From an uncultured virus (IMG/VR IMGVR_UViG_3300029309_000011) (Duplodnaviria > Heunggongvirae > Uroviricota > Caudoviricetes), in the IMG/VR virus record IMGVR_UViG_3300029309_000011, positions 1 through 64,000 of that record: a stretch of DNA of 64,000 nt. One strand, 5' to 3'. The notes below the pieces were generated by a model. That model did not search any database, was not told the origin of the DNA, and saw only the letters and a list, made by a program, of their open reading frames with translations. The translations under genes and the position numbers were made by a program. Below, piece by piece: positions 9,179 to 17,491 of this stretch. How positions within the stretch are numbered: position 1 is the stretch's first letter; every line of letters begins with the position of its first letter.

Positions 9179-9426
9179 TCTTTTTTCTTTTTCTCATATT
9201 CTTTTCTAGTCATCCATTTTTCTTTACCCCATCTCTTGAGATCTTTTTGTTTCTTACCCTTACCTCCCTTGTAACCTCCTCCTTGAGCTTTATATTTTTG
9301 TGCAACTAACTGTGCTTTTCTAGCTGACCATTGACCAGGTTTTCCTCCTTTAGATCCAGCTTTTACCTGATTAAATATTCGTTTTCTTAATGCAGGTTTT
9401 GTGTATTTTGAATCGTCTTGTGCCAT
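9175..9426 (-). CDS. DUF5872-like protein, N-terminal half
   Basis: YTKPALR...GSKGGKPGQWSARKAQ...YKAQGGGY. Confidence 0.65.
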   Translation of the reverse strand: MAQDDSKYTKPALRKRIFNQVKAGSKGGKPGQWSARKAQLVAQKYKAQGGGYKGGKGKKQKDLKRWGKEKWMTRKEYEKKKKD

Positions 9427-9708
9427 TTAAAATCTGTTTTGTATTGGCTCTTTATTAAGAATAACAGGGGGAATACTATCAGAATATGACCTCGATACCT
9501 CTCTCATGTAATGAGGATTATTCATTTCAAATTTTGGTTCATTTCGTCCTATGTATGAAACTACAAAATTACATTTATCGGATTTTTCTTTTTTTTGTGG
9601 CAAAAATGGATCTGCAAATCCTGCTGTAACCAATGAATAATCATTGTACATATTCGAATATTTTACAGGAAAACTTGGATAATAACCTTGACTACCAGCA
9701 AATCTCAT
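9427..9708 (-). CDS. hypothetical protein
   Basis: ORF track; tightly packed operon. Confidence 0.55.
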   Translation of the reverse strand: MRFAGSQGYYPSFPVKYSNMYNDYSLVTAGFADPFLPQKKEKSDKCNFVVSYIGRNEPKFEMNNPHYMREVSRSYSDSIPPVILNKEPIQNRF

Positions 9709-10100
9709 TAGCCCATCTTATTATTTAAATTATCTTCTATATATGATCTAAGGAAAGGTATTACTGGAATCTCCATAAACTCTGGTCTATCGTCGATTTC
9801 TTTTTCATCAGGATATAGTTTGTTAAATTCCTCCATAGTCCCAGGAAATTCACTAGGCATTTTATAATTTTTTGGATTGACTTGTATAGTAGGAATAGGT
9901 TTTCTTGATCGTTTGTCAAGTACATTTTCTATTGTCCGGTCTGGATTATCTCCTAGGTATTCTTTAGGCATCTCACCTCTTAATACCATATCGACCAAAT
10001 TTTCTAAAGATGGATCACCAAACGGTACGTCCCCAGCTGGTGCATTTGTATTTACATGATGAGCTAACATCATATTTCCAGAATTTTTATTAAAAAACAT
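9708..10100 (-). CDS. acidic hypothetical protein with FLRSY motif
   Basis: ORF track. Confidence 0.55.
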   Translation of the reverse strand: MFFNKNSGNMMLAHHVNTNAPAGDVPFGDPSLENLVDMVLRGEMPKEYLGDNPDRTIENVLDKRSRKPIPTIQVNPKNYKMPSEFPGTMEEFNKLYPDEKEIDDRPEFMEIPVIPFLRSYIEDNLNNKMG

Positions 10101-10102
10101 TA

Positions 10103-10306
10103 TTACATGCCCTGTTGTTTCATAGCTTGTAAGAAATCAGCTGCTCTTTGTAAAACACTAGTTTTTGCATTCTCTACTTGTCTTTGAGCTAATTGCTGAT
10201 CTCCAGGGCTTCTCATAGATAAACTACCCATTGGAGGATTATTAAAAGCCTGTCCGTTCATTTTGCGTAAAGTGTCTTCGTAAGAGTGACCTGTAGTGCC
10301 TGGCAT
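10103..10306 (-). CDS. hypothetical protein with RAADFL motif
   Basis: ORF track; TAGAAT upstream. Confidence 0.55.
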   Translation of the reverse strand: MPGTTGHSYEDTLRKMNGQAFNNPPMGSLSMRSPGDQQLAQRQVENAKTSVLQRAADFLQAMKQQGM

Positions 10307-10350
10307 TGTTTTAATTACTATTTTCTCAATTCTACTAGTAGTATTTACAT

Positions 10351-10381
10351 AAAAAAAGACCTAGAGCACCACCTCTAGGTC
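10351..10381 (-). terminator. intrinsic terminator downstream of psbA / sRNA
   Basis: GACCTAGAG-loop-CTCTAGGTC followed by T7 on the minus strand. Confidence 0.85.
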
Positions 10382-10461
10382 GGAAATCACTTTACTTTGC
10401 ACACATACATGTTTCGATGAACCATGCACTTTTCTACACTAGCGGTTATAAACCTTTAAAG

Positions 10462-11532
10462 TCAACCTATAGCTGGAGCTGATAGAGCAACTGGTGTAGA
10501 TTCTGCACAAGCTAAATCAAGTGGGAAGTTGTGAGCGTTACGCTCATGCATTACTTCAAAACCAAGGTTAGCTCTGTTAAGGATGTCTGCCCATGTAGGA
10601 ACAATTTTGCCGTTAACGTCTACAACTGACTGGTTGAAGTTAAAACCATTTAGGTTGAATGCCATTGTGCAGATACCCATTGAAGTAAGCCATATGCAAA
10701 CTACTGGGAATACAGCTAAGAAGAAGTGTAAACTTCTACTGTTATTAAATGAAGCATATTGGAAGATCAAACGACCGAAGTAACCATGAGCTGCAACGAT
10801 GTTGTATGTTTCTTCTTCTTGACCGAACTTGTAGCCATAGTTTTGTGACTCAAGACCAGTTGTTTCTCTAATTAATGAAGAGGTTACTAATGAACCATGC
10901 ATTGCTGAGAATAATGCTCCACCAAACATTCCAGCTACGCCAGCCATGTGGAATGGGTGCATAAGAATGTTGTGTTCAGCCTGGAATACAAACATGAAGT
11001 TGAATGTACCAGAAATACCTAAAGGCATTCCGTCAGAGAATGAACCCTGTCCAAATGGATAAACTAGGAATACTGCAAAAGCTGCTGAAACTGGAGCTGA
11101 GTAAGCTACACAGATCCAAGGCCTCATTCCGAGTCTGTAACTAAGTTCCCACTGTCGTCCCATATAAGCTGAGATACCGATGAGGAAGTGAAATATGACC
11201 AATTGATATGGTCCTCCGTTGTATAGCCACTCATCAACTGTGAGGGCTTCCCATATTGGGTAAAAGTGGAGNNNNNNNNNNCCTGAGATGATGTTGTTTC
11301 CATATAAGAAAGAACCAGCTACTGGTTCACGAATACCGTCAATGTCTACAGGAGGAGCTGCTATGAACGCAATTATGAAGCATGTCGCTGCTGTAAGTAG
11401 GCAGGGGATCATTAAAACACCAAACCAACCAACATATAATCTGTTGTCTGTTGATGTTACCCACTTACACAGGGACTGCCAGCCTGCTAACAACTCGGAT
11501 TGATTCCGACGTTGTAGAACTGATGTTGCCAT
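10462..11532 (-). CDS. psbA: photosystem II D1 protein (10-N assembly gap at 11272-11281)
   Basis: Unmistakable D1 motifs ([28 protein letters not shown]); Prochlorococcus-type [16 protein letters not shown]; start taken as MATSVLQ at 11532. Confidence 0.98.
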   Translation of the reverse strand: MATSVLQRRNQSELLAGWQSLCKWVTSTDNRLYVGWFGVLMIPCLLTAATCFIIAFIAAPPVDIDGIREPVAGSFLYGNNIISXXXXLHFYPIWEALTVDEWLYNGGPYQLVIFHFLIGISAYMGRQWELSYRLGMRPWICVAYSAPVSAAFAVFLVYPFGQGSFSDGMPLGISGTFNFMFVFQAEHNILMHPFHMAGVAGMFGGALFSAMHGSLVTSSLIRETTGLESQNYGYKFGQEEETYNIVAAHGYFGRLIFQYASFNNSRSLHFFLAVFPVVCIWLTSMGICTMAFNLNGFNFNQSVVDVNGKIVPTWADILNRANLGFEVMHERNAHNFPLDLACAESTPVALSAPAIG

Positions 11533-11620
11533 AATAGTCCGTTGTATTGAATATAAAAAAAGCCATCCGAGATGACTTAACATAACTATACAATACAGAT
11601 GTCTTGAACTCGTGACATTA

Positions 11621-11640
11621 AAAAGAGGGCTTAAACCCTC
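11621..11640 (-). terminator. intrinsic terminator after the DUF4278 gene
   Basis: GAGGG-TTTAAG-CCCTC-TTTT on the minus strand. Confidence 0.6.
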
Positions 11641-11663
11641 AATTTTACTTTGCTAATCAGGGA

Positions 11664-11816
11664 TTAGACAGATGTTTTCTTGTCTTTAGTTTTAATTTCG
11701 TAGTGATAAATAGAACCACGATAGACATGTGTATTTTTGCCAGGTACAAGAACTAATTTTGAATGATCCTGATCCTTCTTTTGATAGGCAACACCACGAT
11801 AAGTAAGTTTTTTCAT
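11664..11816 (-). CDS. DUF4278-family small protein (50 aa)
   Basis: Manual translation MKKLTYRGVAY...HVYRGSIY with two YRG motifs. Confidence 0.8.
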   Translation of the reverse strand: MKKLTYRGVAYQKKDQDHSKLVLVPGKNTHVYRGSIYHYEIKTKDKKTSV

Positions 11817-11855
11817 AGGTTATACCCTGTAGACAATATTTAATATAACATTTTT

Positions 11856-11869
11856 GTAACAACCGCTAC
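11856..11869. promoter_or_regulatory. NtcA-type box GTA-N8-TAC upstream of the DUF4278 gene
   Basis: GTAACAACCGCTAC; minus-strand TATATT -10 candidate 8 nt downstream. Confidence 0.65.
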
Positions 11870-11921
11870 CGTTTGTGAAGATACATTAAATCTTAAGAAA
11901 ATATTAATATATCTTATATAT

Positions 11922-12030
11922 AAAAAGAATCCCCTCTCTGGTGTTCAAGCAGGGAGGGGAAACTTTTGTATGCCTTCTAAGAGAGATCATTTTCTTAGAA
12001 GAGTCACAGAGCTAGGAGGCAGCTGTGTAC
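11922..12030 (-). ncRNA. candidate sRNA: two hairpins plus terminator
   Basis: CACAG/CTGTG stem with CCUCCU loop, TTCTAAGA/TCTTAGAA stem, TCCCCTC/GAGGGGA terminator with T-tract. Confidence 0.5.
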
Positions 12031-12084
12031 AAATTTATATTGGCAAAAATAAAACTGTCTGCATGATTTATTTACAAACAGAAA

Positions 12085-12204
12085 TAAAAAGAGGAGTCGC
12101 ACCACCTCCTGTCCCTCAAGGCAGTGCGATCGTTTGCTAGGTGTAAGAAACAGTAAAAATTACACCTTCCTCTGGGGCTGCCACTGTTCTTCTTCGCCCC
12201 TGTT
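12085..12204 (-). ncRNA. candidate riboswitch-like or small RNA with alternative terminator/antiterminator
   Basis: Extended -10 TGATACTAT; P1 GGGGC/GCCCC; P2 AGGTGTAA/TTACACCT; AGGAG/CTCCT terminator with T-tract; overlapping 11-bp alternative stem. Confidence 0.55.
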
Positions 12205-12240
12205 CTATAATAGTATCAATATAGATTTTATCTACCCCCC

Positions 12241-12471
12241 ATGACAGCAATATTTAAACCAAAATGTATTGGCAAAGTGGCCGTAGATTCTGGAGTAATT
12301 TCTGTTATAGATGCAACACACATAAAAGTTAGTAAAGGTGGTGAAATTAATCTTCCTAGTTATAATTTGTATACATCTATAAATACGGAAATTGGTGATG
12401 GAGAGTACAACATCTACGAATGTCGAGATGACACAGGAGGACTTCGCAAAATCATTATTGATATCCAATAA
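12241..12471 (+). CDS. hypothetical protein
   Basis: ORF with TATAAT upstream at 12206. Confidence 0.55.
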   Translation: MTAIFKPKCIGKVAVDSGVISVIDATHIKVSKGGEINLPSYNLYTSINTEIGDGEYNIYECRDDTGGLRKIIIDIQ

Positions 12472-12632
12472 AACGGCTGGAATAGATCCCAGAGAAGATT
12501 ATAGAAAATGGTTACGTAGCACTCTTCATGATGTTTTAGATAAAGCTGTAGCTGGCGACGAAAAAGCAAAAAATTTTTTAAAAACTGCATTGGGATCTTT
12601 AATCTTATGGTCTAAAGAAGAAGACATAAAAA

Positions 12633-13202
12633 TTAATTTTGATGCTTGGATATGGCCTTATATTGATCTATTGGAATTGCAGAAAAACAATCAAAATATT
12701 GATTGCTCCCCGTGTTCTGTAGAGGATTAGCAGGTTCTATTCCTAAAATAAAGTGAGTTTTCCATATTGGATCAAAAAAATATGGAGGTCTATGCCAGAA
12801 AAATATTTTATTTTCCCTATCAATAGCCCATTCTGGATATTTTTTGTGCCATCTTATACCAGCCTTATACTGCTTATCTGGTTTTAATGAAGTGCTATCA
12901 CAATATAAAACATCACCTGGATGTAACATCCATCTCAATTTTAAAAGTTCTTTAAAACATCTTAAATAAGTTTTTATTCCATTCTTACCTGTAATTTTTT
13001 TCTCTATAGATCTCGCTCTTTTATTATTTTTTCTATGATACCAATCGTTTAACTGCCTATTTGACTTGCCAACAGCAAATCCGACATGCCAAAGCCAAAA
13101 CCCTTTTTCAAATTCCTTTTGTGGTGTAAAGAAGATTTTACACATTTGCCCCTCGACAAAAAATTTATAGGTAGTAAACTTGCGACGACGATAATTTTTC
13201 AT
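12633..13202 (-). CDS. basic hypothetical protein
   Basis: 189-aa ORF. Confidence 0.5.
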   Translation of the reverse strand: MKNYRRRKFTTYKFFVEGQMCKIFFTPQKEFEKGFWLWHVGFAVGKSNRQLNDWYHRKNNKRARSIEKKITGKNGIKTYLRCFKELLKLRWMLHPGDVLYCDSTSLKPDKQYKAGIRWHKKYPEWAIDRENKIFFWHRPPYFFDPIWKTHFILGIEPANPLQNTGSNQYFDCFSAIPIDQYKAISKHQN

Positions 13203-13203
13203 T

Positions 13204-13491
13204 ATGGAAGAGTTACTTAAAATTATTCAACATGATCCTGAACTATGGGAAATAGTTGAGAATGCAAAACATCCTGATCAGGAACCTATGGAATTTTTTG
13301 AAAGTGTTGGCAAAATGCTTGAATTAGAATTCGAAGAATTACATAGAACAGATTTAAAAGATAAACTTGCCGGTTTATTTGGTGGTTTACCTAAAAAAGC
13401 ATACATAATGGCTCCCTATCTATTACATATAGCATTGGATATGTTTTTATTAAAAGCAAGTATGGATGAAAAATCAATAAAGGACTATTAA
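13204..13491 (+). CDS. hypothetical protein
   Basis: ORF in the pol operon. Confidence 0.55.
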   Translation: MEELLKIIQHDPELWEIVENAKHPDQEPMEFFESVGKMLELEFEELHRTDLKDKLAGLFGGLPKKAYIMAPYLLHIALDMFLLKASMDEKSIKDY

Positions 13492-13713
13492 AATGCAATT
13501 TGGATACGTATTATGTAACCAGAATAGATCTAAGATCTTAACCCTAACAAAAGATAAACAAGTTAGAATGATAACCTCAAACAAAGAGAATATTGAAAAA
13601 GCCTTTTGTTTAAATAGTATGTCTGCTGTAAAATCTATTTACGAAAAGTTTAAAGAAAAAAAATTAGTAAAAGATTTAATAGTAGTAAATATACAAGAGT
13701 TCTACAGGGCGGA

Positions 13714-15552
13714 TTGATGTTAAGGTTCGTATTTGATTGTGAAACTAACGGGTTACTACACGAATTAAATACAGTGCATTCTCTTGTATTAAGAGATATA
13801 GATTCGGGTGATGTTACTAGCTGTTCCGATCATGACGGATACGAACCAATAGTAAATGGATTATATATGTTGTCTCAAGCCGATCTGCTTGTAGGCCATA
13901 ACGTAATTAACTTTGATTTTAGAGCTCTTAAAAAGGTATATCACAGCTTTAAATTAAAGAAAAATTGTAAAATAAATGATACTTTAATAGTAAGTCGAGT
14001 ACTATGGCCTGAGTTAGAGCCAGTAGATGAAGCAAAATTTTCTCACATACCACGAAAGTACAGAGGTAAACACAGTCTTGCTGCATGGGGTGAAAGATTA
14101 AATGTAAAAAAAATTAATTTTGAAGGTGCAGACAAGTATGAAGAAAGGTGGGATATATGGTCTAAAGAGATGCAAAAGTATTGTGAGGGAGATACTTTAG
14201 TTTCTTTAGAACTTTTTAAATACTTTGAAACTCAAAGTCTTGATTCAAGATGTTATGACTTAGAGCATGATTTTGCGAGAATCATGGCTAGGCAGGAAGC
14301 TTTTGGATTTCCTTTTGATGAGAAAAAAGCATTTGCACTGGTTAACGAATTAAAAAAACAAAGAGCTGAGATAGATGATCAACTACAAAAAGTATTCCCG
14401 CCAATCTCAATAGAAAGATTTTCTGAAAAAACGGGAAAACAATTAAAAACAAAAATTACTAAATTCAATCCAGCATCACGAAAACAAACATCTGAAAGAC
14501 TAAAAGAAAAATATCCAGAGATTACATTTGATAAAACTGAAAAGGGTAATGTCAAATTAGATGATGATGTACTAGATGATTTAGGTAAAAAATATTCAGA
14601 AGCTGCACTATTATCTAAATACCAATTGCTTAATAAAAGGTTAGGACAAATATCTGAGGGTAAAGAAGCTTGGTTAAAACATAGTCAAAGATATCATGAC
14701 GGAAGGATACATGGTTCAGTAATAACTAATGCCTGTGTATCGGGACGATGTTCACATCGTAGTCCAAATCTTGCTCAGACACCTCGTGTTGGTCAACCCT
14801 ATGGAGCCGAATGTAGAGCTTTATTCTATGCTCCTAATGGTTGGAGACAAGTAGGTTGTGATGCCTCTGGCCTTGAATTAAGAGCATTAGGTGCTCAGTT
14901 GGCATACTTTGATGGTGGAGAATATTCAAAATTAGTTAGTACGCCAGGTTTTGATATTCATACTCATAACGCCAAATTATTTGGAATATATGATGGTCAA
15001 GAAAAAATAGAAAAACGGACAAGAGAATTAGCAAAAACACTAATTTACGCAGTTCTTTATGGTGGTGGTCCAAATCGTATAGGCTCAATCCTTGATTCAA
15101 GTTTAAAACAGCAAGATCGACAAGATATGGGAAGAGAAACAATTGACACTTTTTATAGAAATCTACCTGCTATAAAAAAATTGAAAGATAAAGTAGATGA
15201 GAAGGTAACTCAAAGAGGATATCTTATTGGGATTGATGGTAGACATTTACAAATCAGGTCAAGACATTCAGCTCTAAATCAATTACTTCAATCTACTGGA
15301 AGTCTTTGTGTAAAGAAAGCAACGTGTATTCTTTATGAAGATTGTAAAGATAATCATTTACATTGGGGAATCCATTATGCATTTGTAGCTCACATTCATG
15401 ATGAGATACAAGCACTTGTAAAACCACAACACGTTAGCCTCTACAAAAAACTTGCAGTGGATTGCTTTCGAAAATCTGGAGAGTATTTTAAATTGCGATG
15501 TCCTTTAACAGGAGAGGTAAATGAGGGAAAAAATTGGCAGGAGACACATTAA
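13714..15552 (+). CDS. polA: family A (T7 gp5-like) DNA polymerase with 3'-5' exonuclease
   Basis: ExoI FDCETNG, GHNVINFD; motif A DASGLELR; motif B KTLIYAVLYGGG; motif C HIHDE. Confidence 0.95.
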   Translation: MMLRFVFDCETNGLLHELNTVHSLVLRDIDSGDVTSCSDHDGYEPIVNGLYMLSQADLLVGHNVINFDFRALKKVYHSFKLKKNCKINDTLIVSRVLWPELEPVDEAKFSHIPRKYRGKHSLAAWGERLNVKKINFEGADKYEERWDIWSKEMQKYCEGDTLVSLELFKYFETQSLDSRCYDLEHDFARIMARQEAFGFPFDEKKAFALVNELKKQRAEIDDQLQKVFPPISIERFSEKTGKQLKTKITKFNPASRKQTSERLKEKYPEITFDKTEKGNVKLDDDVLDDLGKKYSEAALLSKYQLLNKRLGQISEGKEAWLKHSQRYHDGRIHGSVITNACVSGRCSHRSPNLAQTPRVGQPYGAECRALFYAPNGWRQVGCDASGLELRALGAQLAYFDGGEYSKLVSTPGFDIHTHNAKLFGIYDGQEKIEKRTRELAKTLIYAVLYGGGPNRIGSILDSSLKQQDRQDMGRETIDTFYRNLPAIKKLKDKVDEKVTQRGYLIGIDGRHLQIRSRHSALNQLLQSTGSLCVKKATCILYEDCKDNHLHWGIHYAFVAHIHDEIQALVKPQHVSLYKKLAVDCFRKSGEYFKLRCPLTGEVNEGKNWQETH

Positions 15553-15683
15553 TTATTGTCACTTTCACCATGTTCTAATTTAAGAAATTCAACACATTTA
15601 TTTATACAATCGTTGTCGTCACCTTGAATTGGACAAGATGATATACATTCAAAATACAAATCGATGGGATCTTTTGTTTTCAT
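15549..15683 (-). CDS. small four-Cys protein (44 aa)
   Basis: Manual translation DPIDLYFECISSCPIQGDDNDCINKCVEFLK. Confidence 0.55.
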   Translation of the reverse strand: MKTKDPIDLYFECISSCPIQGDDNDCINKCVEFLKLEHGESDNN

Positions 15684-15750
15684 ATCAACACTTTACATCA
15701 CTACACATTAAAAATACATTGAGTACAATTTCTTAAAACACAAATTAATT

Positions 15751-16116
15751 ATGTTTAACAAACTTCTTTTAGCAAGTGCTGCTTGCTGTACTTTGTCAAC
15801 TCCTGCCTTTGCTGGCCTGTATTTAAATGGGGAATTTAATCAACAAAGCCAAGGGAAAGAGTGGAATGGCAATGCCATAGATCTTCATATCGGCTATGAA
15901 GGGACATTTGGGGAAAAAGGATCTTTCTATATCCAAGGAGGACCATACCTAGATAACCCTAAAGATGGGGACTCCGAAACAAGAGGATCTGGTAAAGTTG
16001 GTGCTGGTTATGAGTTAGCCGAGAATACAAATGTATATGGTGAACTTTCTGTTGTTACAAACGATACAACTGATAATAATTGGGGTACAAAGTTAGGGGT
16101 AAAATATAATTTTTAA
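15751..16116 (+). CDS. small outer-membrane beta-barrel (porin-like) protein
   Basis: Signal peptide ending PAFA, amphipathic beta strands, C-terminal GVKYNF BAM signal. Confidence 0.75.
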   Translation: MFNKLLLASAACCTLSTPAFAGLYLNGEFNQQSQGKEWNGNAIDLHIGYEGTFGEKGSFYIQGGPYLDNPKDGDSETRGSGKVGAGYELAENTNVYGELSVVTNDTTDNNWGTKLGVKYNF

Positions 16117-16135
16117 ATAACACCCTCAAACTCAT

Positions 16136-16165
16136 AGGTCAGTGCTCTTTGTGCTGACCTTATTT
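16136..16165 (+). terminator. hairpin/terminator after the porin-like gene
   Basis: AGGTCAG...CTGACCT followed by TATTT. Confidence 0.55.
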
Positions 16166-16178
16166 ACATTTAAAACCT

Positions 16179-16394
16179 ATGTCTAATCAAGAGATTCAAG
16201 AATTAATTGATCAATCCATCGCAATAGCAATCAATAGGCATAATCGTAACGCTTCAATGATTAGTGCCACATTAGGATTTATATTTATGGGAGCTTTTGC
16301 AGACGGATTGTTTAGAGTCTTAGGAGTGATACCACCTTTCATGGACATAGACGTAAGTATTATTACTCAGCTTTCTGAAAAACTGTCCGTTTAA
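16179..16394 (+). CDS. small cyanophage membrane protein
   Basis: HNRNASMIS motif plus TM segment. Confidence 0.6.
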   Translation: MSNQEIQELIDQSIAIAINRHNRNASMISATLGFIFMGAFADGLFRVLGVIPPFMDIDVSIITQLSEKLSV

Positions 16395-16600
16395 AACTTA
16401 TTATTTTGAAGTTTTATAATCCGTTTGAATTTATCAAACTTTACATTTTTTTCTTTAATTAAACGGAAAAGATCCTGTAGCTCATTATTCTTTCCAGTCA
16501 GATCATCATATTGTGAAATCATAATAATACTTAATAGAATAAAATACTCTCTTGTCATATTAGGATAAATAAGTATAGTAGAACCGCCAGAGTAAAGTTT

Positions 16601-16765
16601 ATGAAGCAGAATTTAAAACACAAAGAGAAGTTAGAAGACATGTCTAACGATGAACTACTTGAATTGCAGGATGGCTTTATTCAGCTAAGGTTACATGCAA
16701 ACCGCTATCTCGAAAAGATTGCAAACATTGTGCATGCCCGTTTAGAACATCAAGTTAAATCATGA
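16601..16765 (+). CDS. small hypothetical protein (54 aa)
   Basis: Manually translated ORF with ATGA overlap to the SSB-like gene. Confidence 0.5.
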   Translation: MKQNLKHKEKLEDMSNDELLELQDGFIQLRLHANRYLEKIANIVHARLEHQVKS

Positions 16766-17445
16766 ATTTAATCATCTGCTGTGCTGTATACAAAGGAGAT
16801 ACAGTCACTGATCGTGGTCTTAGAACCATGTCATTTGAAATCCCTGGGGTAGGTAAAAAACCTCTTAGTATTCCTATTAAGCTACTACCAAGTTTTGCTG
16901 CAGGAGAGACAACAGCTCCTAATGCTTTTGAAGAGGATACTAATATTCTTATCAATGGTCGTCTTTACCCAATGGATGGTGTCATGTACATTGTCCCAAC
17001 CCAACCTTTAATTGGGGTAAATAAATCCATTAAGCTTAATCAACTATCACTAGCCGGTGGTGTTGGTTTTATTGGAAAACAAAAAAGAGAAGATGCATTT
17101 AATTTCGGATTAATGTGTCAGGCTCCACCTCAAAAAGGAATAGGACACACTTGGCAAGATAGCCTAGGTTTTCTTATAGAAAGCTGGGGAAATGATGCAG
17201 ATAGAATGAAAAAATTCTTATTTGTAGGTCGTCAATTATCTTTAGGGGGTGTTTTAAAATTTGAAGCTTGGAAAGATAAAGAAGGAAAACTAAGATCAAA
17301 TTACAAAGTAAAAATAAGATCTCAACAATATTCTTTCTTTGGTAAAAATCAAAAGGAAGAAGAGATTATTAACAAGATTGGCAAAGAAATTAAAGATCTT
17401 GTTTCAGATAAAAAAGACCCTGTTGCCGAAGATGTTCCATTTTGA
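16762..17445 (+). CDS. ssb: single-stranded DNA-binding protein-like (tandem OB fold)
   Basis: GRQLSLGGVLKFEAWKDKEGK SSB pattern; acidic C-terminus EDVPF. Confidence 0.65.
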   Translation: MNLIICCAVYKGDTVTDRGLRTMSFEIPGVGKKPLSIPIKLLPSFAAGETTAPNAFEEDTNILINGRLYPMDGVMYIVPTQPLIGVNKSIKLNQLSLAGGVGFIGKQKREDAFNFGLMCQAPPQKGIGHTWQDSLGFLIESWGNDADRMKKFLFVGRQLSLGGVLKFEAWKDKEGKLRSNYKVKIRSQQYSFFGKNQKEEEIINKIGKEIKDLVSDKKDPVAEDVPF

Positions 17446-17491
17446 TATGGTATGTTCGATGACCTTAATAAAAACTTTACTTTCTTAAATT

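Noticed and set aside
11533..11583. N-terminal extension of psbA in the ORF track
   Set aside because: D1 homology begins at MATSVLQ (11532); the extension covers the leader hairpin.
11817..12210. Known glutamine riboswitch upstream of DUF4278
   Set aside because: The expected CGTT...GGAAGTA...GAAGGAACG core could not be found by eye.
15549..15683. CP12 call for the four-Cys peptide
   Set aside because: Lacks the AWDxVEEL core and the C-terminal CxxxPxxxEC pattern.
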